Shown here: positions 60,331 through 64,000 of the stretch, piece by piece
Position numbering within the stretch: the first letter of the stretch is position 1
Layout: every line of letters begins with the position of its first letter
Virus record (IMG/VR): IMGVR_UViG_3300044557_000292
Location: 323,388 to 387,387 of that record
Source of the DNA: a virus
Lineage: Duplodnaviria > Heunggongvirae > Uroviricota > Caudoviricetes
Direction: 5' to 3' (one strand)
DNA: 64,000 nucleotides
Notes under the pieces: model-generated
Databases searched by the model: none
Seen by the model: the letters and a program-made list of their open reading frames with translations, nothing else
Told to the model about the DNA's origin: nothing
Position numbers and translations under genes: made by a program

Positions 60331-60878
60331 TAGAAGTGGACCTCCACGTTCTTCCTATCTGACTCCTCGGCCTCGAAGAGCTGCCTGACGCCAATGTGAG
60401 CAGTATTGGCCACAATATTAGACGGTATGGTCTGGACGGCCGTGTTAAGATCGTTAGCGGCTGCATTGTAGAGCCGACGGGATGCTGAGATCTTATCCTC
60501 TGTGTCTGCAAGCTCTTCCTGCAGCTCTGTGAAACTCTCGGATGCCCTTAACTGCGGGTATGATTCTGCCACAGCAAGAAGTCTTCCAATCGCATGATCA
60601 CTCTCGGCAAGTGCTGTGGATTTGTCTTGAAGCGTATCAGCATGGAGGAGTGACGCCCTGGCATCAGTGACAGATTTGAATACGGTGGACTCGTGGGTCG
60701 CGTATCCCCTCACAGACTCGACTAGGTTTGGTATGAGATCAGCTCTCCGCTTGAGCTGGACATCTATTCCTGATTCGGCTTCTGCAGCATTGTTCTTGAG
60801 CACCTGGAGCTTGTTGAAGTAGTGAATGTATCCAATAATGAGAACAGCAATAATGACTAACGCGATTATAATGGCCAT
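60330..60878 (-). CDS. lemA: LemA family protein (second paralogue)
   Basis: N-terminal TM plus LemA signature (...SYPQLRASESFTELQEEL...RRLYNAAANDLNTAVQTIPSN). Confidence 0.8.
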   Translation of the reverse strand: MAIIIALVIIAVLIIGYIHYFNKLQVLKNNAAEAESGIDVQLKRRADLIPNLVESVRGYATHESTVFKSVTDARASLLHADTLQDKSTALAESDHAIGRLLAVAESYPQLRASESFTELQEELADTEDKISASRRLYNAAANDLNTAVQTIPSNIVANTAHIGVRQLFEAEESDRKNVEVHF

Positions 60879-61461
60879 AACGGTAAGATATGCATCTGTC
60901 TATTGATCTGACCGTAAGATTACTCGAAAGATCGATGAGAGCTGCCACAGACGTTACCTAGCCCAGTAATGCAAATTGATGGGGAGATCGGAAACAAACC
61001 AACTCATCGGCGTGCTGCTCGTCTCACCCCCGGTCATGCGTCGTCATGATTGGCATCATTAGCCGGCAATCTCCTGAGCCCCGTTCACCGCCTCTTCCAG
61101 ACGGTAGATCGTAGAGGCCTCCAACTAATGTAAAAATGAACGAACTAATGTAACATAGCACTTCTTATGAACTACGGCGGAAATGAAGCTGTCGCAGCCC
61201 CACTCACTTTTGAATAAGACCGGCAACGATTGCGAGATCACCGCGGGGAAGCTCGCCTATTTGAAGAAGAAGGCGGCCAAGAAAGCTTGCCGAGGAATTG
61301 AACAGGAGGTCCAAGCTCGCTAGCACAGCACTCCATGACCTCGTGGATAAAAACGTCTTGGAATGGCATGACGCCAATAGTCGCGCGACCCGCGGCAGTA
61401 CTACGCGATTAGTCAATGAGAACAGTCCACTCACACCGCACTTCCATGTAAGCATTGTAGT

Positions 61462-61818
61462 CTATAGATCAGGATCGTCCTCTGAATGGTCTTCCCTATG
61501 ATTACCGTCATGGTTGAGGACTCCGGTCATGAGGATGATCTTAACCTTGAGCTTGTATCTTCTTCTTGATGACTCGGGCAGATCGTCCCACGTCTTATTA
61601 GCGTCCTCGTTAGAGTATCCATCACCGATGAGATCCCTAAGGCCAATGCAGAAGAGTTGGAATCCCATGGCCTCAAGAGCGGGCTCATCTGCGTTCAGAT
61701 CGCTAAGATCGAGATCCTCCAGCTGCTTGTCTGTCACCCTCAGGTAATCATAATCGTACTCTACCGGTCGATCGCGTTCACCCACGAGGTGAAGCCTCTT
61801 CACAAGATTGGAAAACAT
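61462..61818 (-). CDS. hypothetical acidic protein
   Basis: 118-aa ORF. Confidence 0.4.
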   Translation of the reverse strand: MFSNLVKRLHLVGERDRPVEYDYDYLRVTDKQLEDLDLSDLNADEPALEAMGFQLFCIGLRDLIGDGYSNEDANKTWDDLPESSRRRYKLKVKIILMTGVLNHDGNHREDHSEDDPDL

Positions 61819-61824
61819 GATGTC

Positions 61825-62178
61825 CTACAAGTCCTCTTCTTTGATTGATTCTGCTTGTCGTATGAGATCTTCTAGATCACGCCTACTGACTGCCCCCGCC
61901 TGCCTGAACACGACCCTACCCTTCTTTAACAATAGTAGTGTTGGAACAGCCCTGATGTCCTCACGCTCTGAGATGTCAGCATTCTTATCAACATCTATCC
62001 TAAGGAAGGTGACGTCAGGATGCTCATCACTGACAGCATCGAAGATCGGTCCGAAGATCAGGCATGGCCTACACCACGTAGCCCAGAAGTCAACGAGGAT
62101 GAGGTCGTTGTTCTCTTCTTGAATGATTTCGTCAAGACTACTTGACGTTACGTCTCGAACGCTCATGAGCACCCCCAA
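61825..62178 (-). CDS. trx: thioredoxin with atypical WCRPC active site
   Basis: LVDFWATWCRPCLIFGPIFD...AVPTLLLLKKG is a thioredoxin fold with the CGPC motif replaced by CRPC. Confidence 0.8.
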   Translation of the reverse strand: MGVLMSVRDVTSSSLDEIIQEENNDLILVDFWATWCRPCLIFGPIFDAVSDEHPDVTFLRIDVDKNADISEREDIRAVPTLLLLKKGRVVFRQAGAVSRRDLEDLIRQAESIKEEDL

Positions 62179-62371
62179 AAAAGAATCTTTATCCTTACTT
62201 AATCGGGATTAGGATATCAGAGATGATTCAAGCCTGCTCGATTCCACGCGACGCTCTCCGGCAAGTCCCCGGGGTGGGTGAGTATCGCGACCCGCGTTAG
62301 GGAGCCGCCGTTAGAATGGGATCGGTTTTAGCATTCCTACTAAGAACTTGTCTATATTAGGATGAGAATCA

Positions 62372-63184
62372 TCATGAGATCAATTGAATATTAACGATAT
62401 CTTCGGGGTGAATCTCCCATATTGTCCCCTGGACGTACCCGTCAAGATGATCCGCATCCACGCGGTCACCCCGCCCAATCACGCATCGCTTGAACGTGGC
62501 CGTTATGTCCTCACTGCTCATATCGTCAACATGATCATAATCATGATCATTGTCTAGTATAGGCCACTTATTCAGAACATTCCCCCACTTATCGAAGTCG
62601 GACAGCAGAATCTTGTCATCGGGAATGCTCAGCGTAATGAGATCCAGGCCATGGATCCACTCGCTGAACTCGTAGAGATCCTTGAGGTGGCGCGGAGACC
62701 AGTCCGTGATCTTGTATGCAGCGCGATCCTCAATAGAGCTTATCTTCCATCTCAACGCGTGGAACCAGTTCCGTGGCTTTAACAATGCTCTCGACGTGTA
62801 CTCGTCATCTGGCCACGTCACGTAAGCCCAGATTGGGACTATTCCATCGTTGTTCTCATGATGATCATGCCTAGACCCATTACCGGGAGTAGGTCGGGGT
62901 ACCCCCGCCTCATCCATCCAGTGCGACATATGATCATATGCGTCTGCGAACATCGTTGAGGAGTCCTCGCGATCTACGAGAATATAGTCTGACCTGCTTC
63001 TCAGGGCGACGTACCGTCCATGCTGTCTGATGGCGTCCTGAACGACCCCGTGCTTCTGAAAGGTGTGAATGATCATAGATCTTATTTTACACGAATCGTT
63101 ATGGAAATGCGTCTTTTCAAGGGGGTAGTCATCTGATTTGGGATCCGAGTTATATTCTGACTTCCTGCGCTTAATGTCTTTCAA
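62372..63184 (-). CDS. hypothetical protein
   Basis: 270-aa ORF. Confidence 0.45.
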   Translation of the reverse strand: MKDIKRRKSEYNSDPKSDDYPLEKTHFHNDSCKIRSMIIHTFQKHGVVQDAIRQHGRYVALRSRSDYILVDREDSSTMFADAYDHMSHWMDEAGVPRPTPGNGSRHDHHENNDGIVPIWAYVTWPDDEYTSRALLKPRNWFHALRWKISSIEDRAAYKITDWSPRHLKDLYEFSEWIHGLDLITLSIPDDKILLSDFDKWGNVLNKWPILDNDHDYDHVDDMSSEDITATFKRCVIGRGDRVDADHLDGYVQGTIWEIHPEDIVNIQLIS

Positions 63185-63377
63185 GCTGTCTATAACGTTG
63201 ACGTGATAGAACTTCTTCCTAAGAGCCGGTTCACTATCAGAGTTAATCTCGTTGTCAAGTTCACTATCGTCAGAGCGATTGAACCCTCATCCTTCCAGGG
63301 AGATCCGTCCTTTACCAGCCAGCATGGAAGGTCTTCCCCCCTTCATGGTGAGATCGGAGTGCTCAGATGAGAACAAG

Positions 63378-63995
63378 CTAATCCTCATTATCATGATTAT
63401 CCTCAAGATGAGGCTCATCATCTTTGACTGGAGTGAGGGTTGACCCGTGCTGCCAATCAAAACTAGGCATGACATACTCATCACTGTCATCATTGTCCGA
63501 GTCATATCCATACGTGTCATCAACATCTTCGTACGCGAACATCTGCTCGAATCCCTCCCCAATGCCGTCTGAGTTCTGACCGGAAATCCACTCTGTTAAT
63601 TGGTGTTCTTCCTCGGGTGTAAGATCCCGATTCGTCTTTACTTCTACGTGACCCGACTGCTCGTCATCGAGGACCCACTTGACCTTATCAATAGGGCCCT
63701 TCAGCTCATCATCAAGATACTGGGTCATGTCATCAGACTGAAAATAGTCATTAGCATCTTCCAAAGCTCCATCTTGAATAGGATCTACAAGATTGAACTT
63801 GGACACGTAATTAGGAAGATTGTCATTCCTCTTGCTCAACGGATTCCTAACTGATTGAGGCGACTGAGATACCTCTCTACTCTCAATCTTTCTTCCATCC
63901 TTACCACGCCAGTACCCTGACACGTTCACGCCGCCACGCTCGTAGGGCTCGACCCAAGTAGCCCCCTCCTCGGGTGGCTCTCCATGATCACTCAT
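63378..63995 (-). CDS. hypothetical acidic protein, paralogue of the partial gene at 1..250
   Basis: N-terminus MSDHGEPPEEGATWVEPYERGGVNVSGYWRGKDG. Confidence 0.45.
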   Translation of the reverse strand: MSDHGEPPEEGATWVEPYERGGVNVSGYWRGKDGRKIESREVSQSPQSVRNPLSKRNDNLPNYVSKFNLVDPIQDGALEDANDYFQSDDMTQYLDDELKGPIDKVKWVLDDEQSGHVEVKTNRDLTPEEEHQLTEWISGQNSDGIGEGFEQMFAYEDVDDTYGYDSDNDDSDEYVMPSFDWQHGSTLTPVKDDEPHLEDNHDNED

Positions 63996-64000
63996 CTTTC

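Noticed and set aside
1-64000. Reverse transcriptase, retron, DGR, integrase, transposase or cas genes
   Set aside because: No ORF shows RT (YxDD), tyrosine or serine recombinase, DDE or Cas signatures on read-through of the six-frame track

Overview
This 64-kb window (about 50% GC) is densely packed with roughly 60 CDS, nearly all on the minus strand. The only plus-strand islands are 17842-18462, 28324-28773, 44216-46636 and 57488-57775. Most proteins are acidic ORFans. Interspersed are recognisable genes for nucleic-acid metabolism and translation: CCA-adding enzyme, IF-3, DnaX-like clamp loader, DNA topoisomerase I interrupted by an in-frame TAA, class Ib RNR NrdE plus NrdI, thioredoxin, a T4-gp1-like dNMP kinase, a polynucleotide kinase-phosphatase and a kinase plus ligase-like protein. 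Membrane and envelope proteins include flotillin with an NfeD-like partner, two LemA paralogues, VKOR, a TM2 protein, a DUF805 protein and an SLT lytic transglycosylase-domain protein. There is also a 946-aa GHKL/Hsp90-like ATPase, a TerD-domain giant protein and a membrane-anchored NERD/PD-(D/E)xK nuclease-like protein. I infer a large phage or phage-like mobile element rather than core chromosome: gene order is strand-biased, infC has no rpmI-rplT, and dNMP kinase and PNK genes are present. The most unusual structures are as follows. (1) A type I-E-like CRISPR locus transcribed from the minus strand (22-repeat array plus a 4-repeat degenerate trailer array) has no cas gene in the window; a type IV pilin-like gene sits between the two arrays and a decayed TnpB/Cas12-like zinc-finger plus RuvC-III remnant sits at the leader side. 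(2) A solitary degenerate two-repeat CRISPR-like unit is wedged between topA and the PNK gene. (3) A 4.6-kb module is bounded by roughly 115-bp imperfect inverted repeats and contains four copies of a roughly 70-bp promoter/operator-like repeat around an HTH regulator and a kinase plus ligase gene. (4) A roughly 160-bp hairpin-containing noncoding element occurs twice, 45 kb apart. No tRNA, rRNA, reverse transcriptase, integrase or transposase was recognised.
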